A program made the translations under genes and the position numbers. The notes beneath the pieces are model-generated. The model worked only from the letters and a program-made list of their open reading frames with translations. It was not told where the DNA came from and made no database searches. A DNA stretch of 64,000 nucleotides from a bacterium (GTDB lineage Bacteria > Zhuqueibacterota > Zhuqueibacteria > Residuimicrobiales > Krinioviventaceae): NCBI GenBank assembly GCA_963674595.2, contig CAXXFV010000023.1, forward strand, positions 608,001-672,000, read 5' to 3'. Below are positions 47,076 to 56,236 of the stretch, piece by piece; the stretch's first letter is position 1, and the number at the start of each line of letters is the position of its first letter.

Positions 47076-47709
47076 TGCGAGTATAAATATTTCACGCCCC
47101 ATTCGTTTGGCAGAGTGGATTCAGGACTTTTCAGAACTAAAGTCTGAAGATAAAGATGGCGATAAAAACTCTAAAATTAATTTCGAGCTTTTGGAAAGAG
47201 AACTATTAGTTCGCGAACAGGAAGTCGCTGTAAAACAAACAGAATTGCAGTTGAAAAATGACCTGAAAAGTTTATTGGATAATATTGACCAAAATTTAAA
47301 TGATCATATTCAGGAATCTGCAAGAAAGCTTGAATTAAATAGAGCTAATCTTGTGTCTTTGGCAACATCAATTGCCAATAAAATTATTGGCTATGAAGTT
47401 CAAACCAATCATGATGTTATTGTAAATGTTGTAGAAAAAGCGCTGCAAGACCTCGGTAATGACAATAATATCGTCATTCAGTTACATTCAGAAGATAAGC
47501 AAATACTTGAAAGTTATATGAAAAAAATGGCTTTGGTAAGTCAAAATCAAGGCTGGCAATTAGAAACAAATGATTCGTTGAATAGAGGCGGTTGCAAGAT
47601 ATTTTCGAATAACGGTTCCATCGACGCTTCTATTGAATCGCAGTTAAATAATATTAAAAATTTTCTTATAAATAATTTACCCGGCAAAGGTCCTGATTCA
47701 GATGATTAA
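47068..47709 (+). CDS. fliH: Flagellar assembly protein FliH
   Basis: Position between fliG and fliI; C-terminal 'L--ED...D--L--GGC-I----G-IDAS-E-QL'. Likely ATG 47068 (track starts at 46999). Confidence 0.85.
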   Translation: MFDASINISRPIRLAEWIQDFSELKSEDKDGDKNSKINFELLERELLVREQEVAVKQTELQLKNDLKSLLDNIDQNLNDHIQESARKLELNRANLVSLATSIANKIIGYEVQTNHDVIVNVVEKALQDLGNDNNIVIQLHSEDKQILESYMKKMALVSQNQGWQLETNDSLNRGGCKIFSNNGSIDASIESQLNNIKNFLINNLPGKGPDSDD

Positions 47710-49030
47710 TACGGCCCTAAATACAGTATTTTTAAATCAGCTTCTTCAATCATGCAAGCCGATTAACTATTATGGCACTGTAACACGTGTTTCCGGCCTG
47801 TTGGTTGAGTCCAAGGGACCCAGCGTTTCTGTTGGTGATATTTGCTGGATTGTTACCCGAAATGGACAGAAAAAATCGGCTCAGGTTGTCGGTATGAATA
47901 ACGGGCATGTTCTGATTATGCCTTTTGAAGATACAAATGGAATCGGAATTGGATGCCAGGTTATTTCAAATCAGCAGCCGCTTAGTGTTGGTATTGGTGA
48001 AGGTTTACTTGGACGTGTTATTGATGGTTTTGGAAATCCTATCGATGGAAAGGGGCCTGTATTGGGTTTGCAACAGGTAACAATCCATCGTGATCCGCCG
48101 GCCCCTTTAAACAGGCCCCGTATCGAAGATCCATTGCAAAGTGGAATTCGAGTCATCGACAGTTTAATTACATGCGGCCAGGGACAACGTATGGGTATTT
48201 TTGCCGGTTCAGGTGTTGGTAAAAGTGTTTTATTGGGAATGATTGCCCGTAATAGTGGTGCAGATATTAACGTTATCGCCCTTATTGGCGAACGTGGCCG
48301 TGAAGTTCGTGAATTCATTGAACGAGACCTGGGCGAAGAAGGTTTGGCGAGATCTGTTGTTGTGGTTGTAACCTCCGAACAAGCTGCGGTATTAAGAATT
48401 CGTGGTGCGCAAATCGCTACAACAATTGCCGAATATTTTCGTGATCAGGGACAGAATGTGATTTTGATGATGGATTCCGTAACACGTGTTGCTATGGCTC
48501 AGCGAGAAATCGGCCTGGCAATTGGTGAACCACCCGCCACAAAAGGGTATACGCCATCGGTTTATGCGTTGCTGCCCCGATTATTGGAACGTGCCGGTAC
48601 TTCCGGGAAAGGAAGTATAACAGGATTTTATACAGTACTTGTTGAAGGTGATGATATGAACGACCCTGTTGCTGATACGGTACGATCCATTCTTGACGGC
48701 CATATTGTTCTATCTCGTAAAATAGCGGCAAAAAATCATTATCCGGCCGTTGATGTGTTGAACAGTGTTAGCCGTCTTATGTCGGATATTAGTGAAAAAA
48801 ATCATTATGAGGCTGCCTCACAGGTTCGAGATATGATGGCAACCTATGACGATGCTGAAGACCTGATAAACATTGGAGCCTATGCCAGAGGAAATAATCC
48901 ACATATTGATTTTGCTTTAGACCATATTGAAAAAATACGAAATCATCTAAAGCAGGGTATTTATGAAAAGTCTGATTTTAAGTCAAGTCTTCAATCTTTA
49001 TTGTCGATTTTTACAAATAACCAAAAGTAA
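47702..49030 (+). CDS. fliI: Flagellum-specific ATPase FliI
   Basis: 'GQRMGIFAGSGVGKS', 'LIGERGREV-EF', 'MDSVTR-AMAQREIGL', 'DGHIVLSR'. Confidence 0.97.
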   Translation: MINTALNTVFLNQLLQSCKPINYYGTVTRVSGLLVESKGPSVSVGDICWIVTRNGQKKSAQVVGMNNGHVLIMPFEDTNGIGIGCQVISNQQPLSVGIGEGLLGRVIDGFGNPIDGKGPVLGLQQVTIHRDPPAPLNRPRIEDPLQSGIRVIDSLITCGQGQRMGIFAGSGVGKSVLLGMIARNSGADINVIALIGERGREVREFIERDLGEEGLARSVVVVVTSEQAAVLRIRGAQIATTIAEYFRDQGQNVILMMDSVTRVAMAQREIGLAIGEPPATKGYTPSVYALLPRLLERAGTSGKGSITGFYTVLVEGDDMNDPVADTVRSILDGHIVLSRKIAAKNHYPAVDVLNSVSRLMSDISEKNHYEAASQVRDMMATYDDAEDLINIGAYARGNNPHIDFALDHIEKIRNHLKQGIYEKSDFKSSLQSLLSIFTNNQK

Positions 49031-49036
49031 TGTGAT

Positions 49037-49480
49037 ATGAAAAAGTTTCATTTTTCTCTACAACGTGTTTTAAATGTTAAAAAGGTTTATGAAAAAGAAA
49101 AGCAAAGAGTTATGTCTGAAGCTTTACAAAAATTAAACTCTGAAAAATTAGTACTTGAAGGTATGGTTCTGGAAGAACAAGTTGCCATTCAAAAAATTAT
49201 GGAGATGAAAAAACAAAACGTTACTCCTGCCATTTTGGCCCTTTTACACCGTTCGCTCGAAGGCCAGTATGTAAAAAAGAAACGCCAGGAAAATGCTGTT
49301 ATGATGGCTGAAAACGATGTTGAAATGGCCCGTTTTAAATTGATTGAAGCACAAAAAGAGAAAAAAGTCTTTGAAAGATTGGAAGAAAAGAAAGCCCAGG
49401 AATATTTTGAACAATTGCAGCAATTAGAGCAAAAAGAACTTGATGAAATAGCATTGTTACAGCAAAGCAGAAAATTGTGA
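49037..49480 (+). CDS. fliJ: Flagellar export protein FliJ
   Basis: 'MKKF-FSLQ-VL', coiled coil, 'E-L-EK...EQK-LDE-A'. Confidence 0.9.
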   Translation: MKKFHFSLQRVLNVKKVYEKEKQRVMSEALQKLNSEKLVLEGMVLEEQVAIQKIMEMKKQNVTPAILALLHRSLEGQYVKKKRQENAVMMAENDVEMARFKLIEAQKEKKVFERLEEKKAQEYFEQLQQLEQKELDEIALLQQSRKL

Positions 49481-49487
49481 GATAGAG

Positions 49488-50258
49488 ATGGCTGAAGAAT
49501 ATGATGATGAAATGTATGATGAAGATGAAGCGGGTGATGATGAAGGTGGTGGCGGTGGAGGAAAGTGGCTTTTCCTTACCATCGCTTTAACCAGCACATT
49601 TTTCGTCCTTTTTTTCTTTATGTATTTTGTAATGATTCGAAATCATGAAGCACCGGTATCTTCTTTACCGAACCCTGTAAATTCAGATTCATTGGCCAGA
49701 ATTGATTCAGTAAAGGCAGATTCATTAAGAGAGATATTAGCGTCAGATGAAGATAAAGAATTAAATGATGATTTGTTTTCTGCCAATGATAAACTACGAA
49801 TTTTACAAATTGAAAATAGCAGACGACGCAAGGAAATAGATTATTTATGGTCAGAAATTTACAAACTCGCACAATACCAGGAAGCTAAAGAGAGTGAAGA
49901 AGAAGCCCTGAAAAATAGAACATATAATGAACTTGTTACGGCCATAAAAGACAGTTTGCGCGACGCAAAAGAAGATAGTATCCGTTATGAGCGGGAACGA
50001 CTACAACAGCTTGCAGAAAAGGAAAGGCAGCAAGAGCTTGAAAGACAAAAAGCTGATGAATCATTAATGGCAAGTGCAAAAATATACAGTGCAATGAAAC
50101 CCACTCAAGCTGCAAATATTTTGAAACAATTTGATCCGAAAATGGCGGCCAAAATTTTATCAAAAATTCGTGAGAGACAGTCAGCAAAAATAATTGAAGC
50201 AATGCCTCCCGCACAAGCAGCACAAATTTGTAAAATAATGGCCTATGGCGCAGGATGA
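49488..50258 (+). CDS. MotE/FlbB/YlxF-like flagellar protein (MgtE N-domain at C-terminus)
   Basis: One TM segment and a coiled coil, C-terminal 'AKIY-AMKP--AA-IL...IL-----R--AKI---M---AA'. Sits between fliJ and fliK. Confidence 0.8.
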   Translation: MAEEYDDEMYDEDEAGDDEGGGGGGKWLFLTIALTSTFFVLFFFMYFVMIRNHEAPVSSLPNPVNSDSLARIDSVKADSLREILASDEDKELNDDLFSANDKLRILQIENSRRRKEIDYLWSEIYKLAQYQEAKESEEEALKNRTYNELVTAIKDSLRDAKEDSIRYERERLQQLAEKERQQELERQKADESLMASAKIYSAMKPTQAANILKQFDPKMAAKILSKIRERQSAKIIEAMPPAQAAQICKIMAYGAG

Positions 50259-50277
50259 TTAAAAGAATAATATAGGA

Positions 50278-52935
50278 ATGGTTATGAATCAATTTATATT
50301 AAACTTGATGAATCAAGGTAAAAGTGACGGGCAAACCGGATTGTGGAATAAAGCCAAATCATTGGCTGGTAATTTTTCATTTAAATCAATCCTGTCAACA
50401 GAATCTAAATTATTTCAAAAGAATGTTGATGTGCCTTTGCCGGCACATATGGAAAATTTTACGGATGGACAGGAATTAAGTTTACGTGAATTTTTAAATG
50501 TTTCCAATATGTCCTCATCAAAGGCTTTGTTTCAAAAATTACAACTTTTAACAGAAACATCGACAAGTGACCAAAGTGATTTTCAAATAGTATCTGTTAA
50601 CCAGCTTGGTAATTTAAATGTAGCAGGACAAGCAAATGATTCAGGTTCTGTTCCGGCAATAAATCTGTTGTTAAAAAAATCTCAGCAGGTAAACAAGACA
50701 GAAAAAGGTTCTATAGCCGAACCAGCTACAAAACAATTTCAAGGTGTTCAAGAATCAGATTCTGATAATGTGTTGACATTACAAGCTGACGCAGAGCCTG
50801 TTGTAACAATCCCGACTGTTATTAATAATACTAGTATTAGCTCAAATGTCAAAGCAGTTGAAAATACAAAAATTGATAAACAAACAGTACCGGCAAAGGG
50901 CCAAGCTAAAACAGTAAAAGCGGATGGAAAAATTGTTACAAATCCGGTAGCTGAAAATGTCCAAAACAATGGTTTTGTTAAAACACAAAAAGTTAATCCG
51001 TCAAACCCGGCTGGTCCTGCACTCAGTTCTGATGTTAGTGAAAGTCAGGATGTCAAGTTACCAAAATCAAATACAACTCAAACTATAGTGATAAATAATC
51101 ACCCTGTTGTTGACGGTTCTGCAAATTCAGCGGATGTTAATGTAAAAGCTGCTGTGTCAGAAAAAAATACAAGTGCCGGAGCTGTTAAGAATTTTAAACA
51201 AATAAAGAAATCAGCGGAAAATTCTAAAAACGTTGTTCAATCTGATGAAACTAAAGAGACACTGAATAAAGCCGATTCAAATATAGTAGAAAATTTGAAA
51301 ACAAAACCAACCGATAATGCTATAAAAAATAATGTTAATACTTTTACACAAGTAAATACAAATAAAGAGTCTGTCACGGTTGACGATGTTGGTAATGTGA
51401 AACCTGTTGCAGAAAATGACGGTTCGCAACCGACTGTATTATCTGGCGATAATGTGTCAACGCCGGAAGATGGTAAAAAATCTAAAATAACTCTCGATGG
51501 TTTTAAAATTACCAATATGACAGACTCGGACGTGAAAAATTCGGCAGTTAATTTTGAAAAGTTTACAGCAACTGAAAAAATGGCTGATATTTTGCAAAGT
51601 TCAGATGTGAAGGTTAAAAATACTGCTCAATATAATGAGATAGATGTAAAAAAAGACGATTCTGTATACAAATCGGTTAAGGTAATGCAGCCAAAAGATA
51701 ACGACAACAAAAATCAAATTAATAAAAACGAAAATAATAATGTTTCAAAGCAGCACGTTAAAGGCTCTGTTTCCAACGAGCAGGGTTCTCAATCTGTTAA
51801 TACAACTTTAAAAATAGAACATGTTGAAAACACAATAAAGCAAGTAAATCAAAAAACTGATCAATCCTTTGTAGAACCTGAAGATAAAATTACCGCTAAA
51901 ATTTCTTCTAATCCAAATGTTGTGATAAGCAATACAGATAATGTAGTTGATAAAAAAGAACCTGTTCTCAAAGTCAGCACCGGTGTTGAGCAGAAAGAAA
52001 ATAAAGTTGATAACCATGCTTTTTTGATTGTTAAAGATAAAGTTGAAAAATATAAAGAAACGCAAAAGCAAGCCGGCGAAACTGTCAATAAAGCCAATCA
52101 GAAGGATGATGAAAAAATTTATATAAAACCCCATATTTTGGGTTTGGTTGGCAATAAAGAAAAAATCCAAAGTCGCGCTGATCATGTTGAAAAAGAACAA
52201 AATTCTGTAAACACTTTTCATGAAGAAAAAGGTGTATCTGAAAAATCCGGTTCAGCTAATAATTTTAATCAGCCAAATATGGGTCATAAGAACAACGGAA
52301 ATCACGATACTAATCAGCAACAACAAACAAAGACTGAAGCCGGTTCAGATAATTTTGGAAATTCGGTAAATAAAATTTCATCCGTATCGGCAGAAAAAAA
52401 TGAGGTTTTTCATATTGGCCGAGATCATCAAACAGTTGCTATGTCCGAGTCCGGTAAAGTGAGTGTTGCAAGTCATGGTGAGTCTGCTGATGTTAAAAAT
52501 GTTCAGGCCAACCTTAAAGTTCTTAATTCCTGGTTGTCGGATGGCGCCAAAATTATGGTTATGCAGGATGAAAAGTATTTTAATGTCCGTACTGAAATTA
52601 GTGATATTGGTAAATTGCATATCCAGATGCAGCAGGAAAAACAAAATGTTGAAGTTACTATTCGTGTAGAAAATGAACAATCAAAAGTCTATTTAGAACA
52701 ATCAGTACAAGAGCTTAAACAAAGTTTGGCACAAAAGGATATTGTTTTAACCCAGGTTCGGGTTTTAATTGGCGAAAAGGCAGATAGAGAGTTTTCAGGT
52801 CAATCACAATTTACCGAACGTAAGTGGCAGGATATTAAAAAACGCAAAAATGCAGAAATAACAATTGATGAAACCGATGCGACGGTTATTAGCCGAAAAA
52901 ATACAGCATGGTCAACCTATGAAACGGTTGCCTAA
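50278..52935 (+). CDS. fliK: Flagellar hook-length control protein FliK (885 aa)
   Basis: Long low-complexity N/K/S/V-rich region, C-terminal T3S4-like domain ('IG-L-I-----...V-V-I-VE------LE-----L---L'). Directly upstream of flgD. Confidence 0.8.
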   Translation: MVMNQFILNLMNQGKSDGQTGLWNKAKSLAGNFSFKSILSTESKLFQKNVDVPLPAHMENFTDGQELSLREFLNVSNMSSSKALFQKLQLLTETSTSDQSDFQIVSVNQLGNLNVAGQANDSGSVPAINLLLKKSQQVNKTEKGSIAEPATKQFQGVQESDSDNVLTLQADAEPVVTIPTVINNTSISSNVKAVENTKIDKQTVPAKGQAKTVKADGKIVTNPVAENVQNNGFVKTQKVNPSNPAGPALSSDVSESQDVKLPKSNTTQTIVINNHPVVDGSANSADVNVKAAVSEKNTSAGAVKNFKQIKKSAENSKNVVQSDETKETLNKADSNIVENLKTKPTDNAIKNNVNTFTQVNTNKESVTVDDVGNVKPVAENDGSQPTVLSGDNVSTPEDGKKSKITLDGFKITNMTDSDVKNSAVNFEKFTATEKMADILQSSDVKVKNTAQYNEIDVKKDDSVYKSVKVMQPKDNDNKNQINKNENNNVSKQHVKGSVSNEQGSQSVNTTLKIEHVENTIKQVNQKTDQSFVEPEDKITAKISSNPNVVISNTDNVVDKKEPVLKVSTGVEQKENKVDNHAFLIVKDKVEKYKETQKQAGETVNKANQKDDEKIYIKPHILGLVGNKEKIQSRADHVEKEQNSVNTFHEEKGVSEKSGSANNFNQPNMGHKNNGNHDTNQQQQTKTEAGSDNFGNSVNKISSVSAEKNEVFHIGRDHQTVAMSESGKVSVASHGESADVKNVQANLKVLNSWLSDGAKIMVMQDEKYFNVRTEISDIGKLHIQMQQEKQNVEVTIRVENEQSKVYLEQSVQELKQSLAQKDIVLTQVRVLIGEKADREFSGQSQFTERKWQDIKKRKNAEITIDETDATVISRKNTAWSTYETVA

Positions 52936-52946
52936 GGAGGAATGGA

Positions 52947-53612
52947 ATGTCAGTTTCTAGTGTAAGTTCAAACGCTTCTACCGCGTATTCAGCGGATGTT
53001 TATACAAACAGTGCCCTGGATAAAGAAGATTTTTTAGAATTACTGGTTACACAGCTTCAGTATCAAGATCCGTTGGAACCTGTGCAAAATACTGAATTTG
53101 TGGCTCAACTTGCACAATTTAGTTCATTAGAACAGTTAACAAACATAAATTCAACACTGGATAATAACACTACAGTTACTCAGTCTATGAATAACACGAT
53201 GCTTTCTTCTTTAATCGGACGTGATGTGAAAGCCTCCAGTAATGCGGTAAACCTGAATTCAGATAGTTCAACAACCATTTCATTTAATTTGTCAGAAGAT
53301 GCTGATGTTTATGTTGAACTTTATAATGAAGATGGCGACCTGGTTCGTACTTTGTCATGTGGTGAGATAAATTCCGGGCTCAATGAAATAGAATGGGATG
53401 GCAAGAGTTCTTCAGGTGCAAATTTAGAAGAGGGACAGTATTTTTGTAATATCGTTGCAAAGAATGCTGGCGGTGATTCTGTCTCGGCAACCCCCTTGTT
53501 AAAGGGTACGGTAACCGGTCTGCGGTTTGATAGTGGTACAACATATGTAATTATAGATAATGCAGAAATTGATCCAAGTTTGATTTATTATATTTCTGAA
53601 GATTTTAATTAA
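52947..53612 (+). CDS. flgD: Flagellar hook capping protein FlgD
   Basis: 'FL-LLVTQLQ-QDPL-P--N-EF-AQLAQFS-LE', Ig domain 'WDGK'. Confidence 0.95.
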   Translation: MSVSSVSSNASTAYSADVYTNSALDKEDFLELLVTQLQYQDPLEPVQNTEFVAQLAQFSSLEQLTNINSTLDNNTTVTQSMNNTMLSSLIGRDVKASSNAVNLNSDSSTTISFNLSEDADVYVELYNEDGDLVRTLSCGEINSGLNEIEWDGKSSSGANLEEGQYFCNIVAKNAGGDSVSATPLLKGTVTGLRFDSGTTYVIIDNAEIDPSLIYYISEDFN

Positions 53613-53643
53613 AAAAAAGTGTTTTTGAAAGGAGGTGAGAATA

Positions 53644-54039
53644 TTGGCTGATCCGATTCATGAAGCGCAAAACATACAATCTATATCGCAAGCGCAGCGA
53701 CTAAAACGTACAAATGTGCCTTTGGGTAATAGTGATGCAACGAAATTTGATCAAATATTGCATCAGGAACAAACCCAATTGCAACGTGAAATAAAATTTT
53801 CACAACATGCTCAGTCAAGATTAGAAGAACGGAGTATTCAGATGAATGATCAGGACTATTTACGATTACAATCCGCCATACAAAAAATAAACGACAAAGG
53901 CGGAAAGGATTCATTGGTTTTGATGGATGACAGAGCTTTTGTTGTGAATGCGCCTAACCAAACTGTTATTACAGCAATGGATAGCGCAGCAATTAAAGAA
54001 AATGTTTTTACAAATATTGATAGTGCAATAATAATTTAA
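53644..54039 (+). CDS. Flagellar operon protein, TIGR02530 family
   Basis: 'KFS-HA--RL--R-I', 'KG-KDSLVL', 'V--PN-TVITAMD-----NVFTNIDSA'. RBS GGAGGTG and TTG 53644 (track starts at 53635). Confidence 0.88.
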   Translation: MADPIHEAQNIQSISQAQRLKRTNVPLGNSDATKFDQILHQEQTQLQREIKFSQHAQSRLEERSIQMNDQDYLRLQSAIQKINDKGGKDSLVLMDDRAFVVNAPNQTVITAMDSAAIKENVFTNIDSAIII

Positions 54040-54048
54040 CGCTGAAAC

Positions 54049-54101
54049 GGGCTGGACCCCTACGGGAGGCCCAAAGCTGTTGACTGACTGATACAGCTTT
54101 T
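54049..54101 (+). ncRNA. Candidate cis-regulatory two-hairpin RNA element in flgE leader
   Basis: GC-rich island in AT-rich DNA. Hairpin GGGCU..GGCCC (54049-54072) directly abuts AAAGCUGU..ACAGCUUU (54073-54100). Each can form tandem G.A/A.G pairs. Confidence 0.5.
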
Positions 54102-54130
54102 AAGGCAAAAATAATAAAAGGAGTATTAAA

Positions 54131-56107
54131 ATGTTACGTTCATTGTTCTCTGGGGTCTCTGGAATGAAAAATCAACAGATCTCTATGGATGTTATTGGTA
54201 ATAATATAGCAAATGTAAATACAGTCGGCTTTAAGGCCAGTCGTGTAACTTTTCAGGAAAGTTTGTCTCAGGTTGTTCAAAATGGCCGAAGCTCTACTGA
54301 AAATCTCGGTGGAACCAATCCGATGAATGTTGGACTTGGTGTTAATGTAGCCAGTGTTGACAAATTGTTTACACAAGGTAATTTGGAACGCACCGGCAAT
54401 ACCATGGATTTGGCAATTGAAGGGGATGGATACTTTGTTTTGAGTAATGGAAATCAAGAGTTTTTTACCCGTGCAGGAAATCTGAATGTTGACAGCAATG
54501 GAAACCTTGTCCTGGGTAATACCGGTTATTATGTTCAGGGTAGGATGGCAGATTCTAATGGAGCCATTTCTTCTGCTGCTGAAATTCAAAACATTACATT
54601 GCCGTTTGGGCAAAAAGCTCCGGCAAAAGCAACAACAACGATTAGTTTTGAAGGTAACCTTAACTCAGAAACTGATCAAAAATCTCAGATTCTTGGTTCA
54701 GATTTTAGCAGTTATGCCGGTGTTACCAGTGCTGCTCTTGCTGTTCCGATTGATTTAACAGGTGCTAACGAATTAACAATTGCGGTTGATAATGATGCTG
54801 GTGGTACCATCACAGAAACATTAACTCTTACAGAAGCAAGCTATGGGACGGTTAGTGAGCTGGTTGCAGAAATTAATGGACAAATAAGTGGAAATACTTA
54901 TTTGACAGGTGAAGTGATTGCCGAGTTGGATGATTCCGGCGGTACGGACAAGATCGTTATCAGAACAACAGACACAGGTGGATCTGAGACAAATATTACA
55001 TTGTCCGGGTCAGCAACGACTCCGATTAGTCTTGGCACAACAACAGAATACGGTACTGCTTCAACAACACCTCTTGCGGATCTTTCATTTTTTGGAAGTG
55101 ATCTTAGTACTGGTGATCAGATTCGTATTAACGGTACCACATATCAAGGAGAAAGTGTTGCTGATGTTTATACCTATGCTGACGGCGATACGGTCCAGGA
55201 TTTATTAGATGCTATGAATTCAGTTTTCAGCGGAGCCTCAGTTACTTTAAGTAATGATGGTATGCTTAGAATTACGGATTCGGTTTCCGGTGAATCGAAA
55301 TCAACAGCAAATTTAATCTATATCGATAATGATACCGGTACATCATCTACATTACCTGTTTTTAATGTCACTCAGGAGGGTGTTGATGCAGGAACTCACT
55401 CGGCGAGCATGGTAACTTATGATAGTAAAGGTGAAGCTCATACTGTAACAATTAATTTTACAAATATATCATCTGAAGACGATGCAGATATTTGGCGATG
55501 GGAAGCTATTGTTGATGATAATGAAATTATTCCAAGTGCTGGCAACAGAGGCATCATCAAGTTTAATCCTAATGGTAGTTTAGCCTATTCGCAGTCTGAT
55601 GATGGTCAATCTTTAACTTTTGAGCCTGGTGACGGTGCCAGTACAATGGAAATCGTACTTGATGTTGGTACGGCCGGCTCTTTTACCGGAATTACCCAGC
55701 TTTCTAATCCCATGACAGCCGTTGCAACAAGTCATGACGGATACAGCATGGGTGATTTGTACAATATTTCATTTGATGAAACCGGAACAATTACCGGATA
55801 CTTTACAAATGGTGTAAGCCAGGAATTGGCACAGGTTGCATTGGCGACATTTAATAATCAGTCTGGTTTAAATCCTGTTGGAGAAAATGTATTTCAAGTT
55901 GGTAGCAACAGTGGACAGGCAGTAAAAGGTTGGGCCCAGAGTACAATCCCGGCCCAAATTACACCAAATTATCTTGAAATGTCTAATGTTGACTTGACTC
56001 AGGAATTTACCAATATGATCGTAGCCCAAAGAGGGTTCCAGGCAAATTCACGTGTTATTACCACTAGTGATACGCTGTTGCAGGAAGTGGTCAGATTAAA
56101 ACAATAA
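54131..56107 (+). CDS. flgE: Flagellar hook protein FlgE (658 aa)
   Basis: 'MLRSL-SGVSG', 'GNNIANVNT-GFK', 'DLAI-G-G-F', 'TRAG', 'LEMSNVDL--EF-NMI-AQRGFQANSR-I-T-D'. Confidence 0.95.
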   Translation: MLRSLFSGVSGMKNQQISMDVIGNNIANVNTVGFKASRVTFQESLSQVVQNGRSSTENLGGTNPMNVGLGVNVASVDKLFTQGNLERTGNTMDLAIEGDGYFVLSNGNQEFFTRAGNLNVDSNGNLVLGNTGYYVQGRMADSNGAISSAAEIQNITLPFGQKAPAKATTTISFEGNLNSETDQKSQILGSDFSSYAGVTSAALAVPIDLTGANELTIAVDNDAGGTITETLTLTEASYGTVSELVAEINGQISGNTYLTGEVIAELDDSGGTDKIVIRTTDTGGSETNITLSGSATTPISLGTTTEYGTASTTPLADLSFFGSDLSTGDQIRINGTTYQGESVADVYTYADGDTVQDLLDAMNSVFSGASVTLSNDGMLRITDSVSGESKSTANLIYIDNDTGTSSTLPVFNVTQEGVDAGTHSASMVTYDSKGEAHTVTINFTNISSEDDADIWRWEAIVDDNEIIPSAGNRGIIKFNPNGSLAYSQSDDGQSLTFEPGDGASTMEIVLDVGTAGSFTGITQLSNPMTAVATSHDGYSMGDLYNISFDETGTITGYFTNGVSQELAQVALATFNNQSGLNPVGENVFQVGSNSGQAVKGWAQSTIPAQITPNYLEMSNVDLTQEFTNMIVAQRGFQANSRVITTSDTLLQEVVRLKQ

Positions 56108-56116
56108 TACTAGTAT

Positions 56117-56150
56117 TTATGGCGGGCATTGATTTATTTGCCCGCCATAA
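56117..56150 (+). terminator. Strong stem-loop after flgE (terminator or mRNA-stabilising hairpin)
   Basis: TTATGGCGGGCA-N10-TGCCCGCCATAA, 12-bp perfect stem. No U tract. Confidence 0.6.
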
Positions 56151-56236
56151 TTAAAACTCTATTAAAAACAATAGTTTTGTTGTGTCGCAATGTGTAGGTA
56201 TTATTTATGAATTTTATTTAAGAGTATGGTTAAGGC

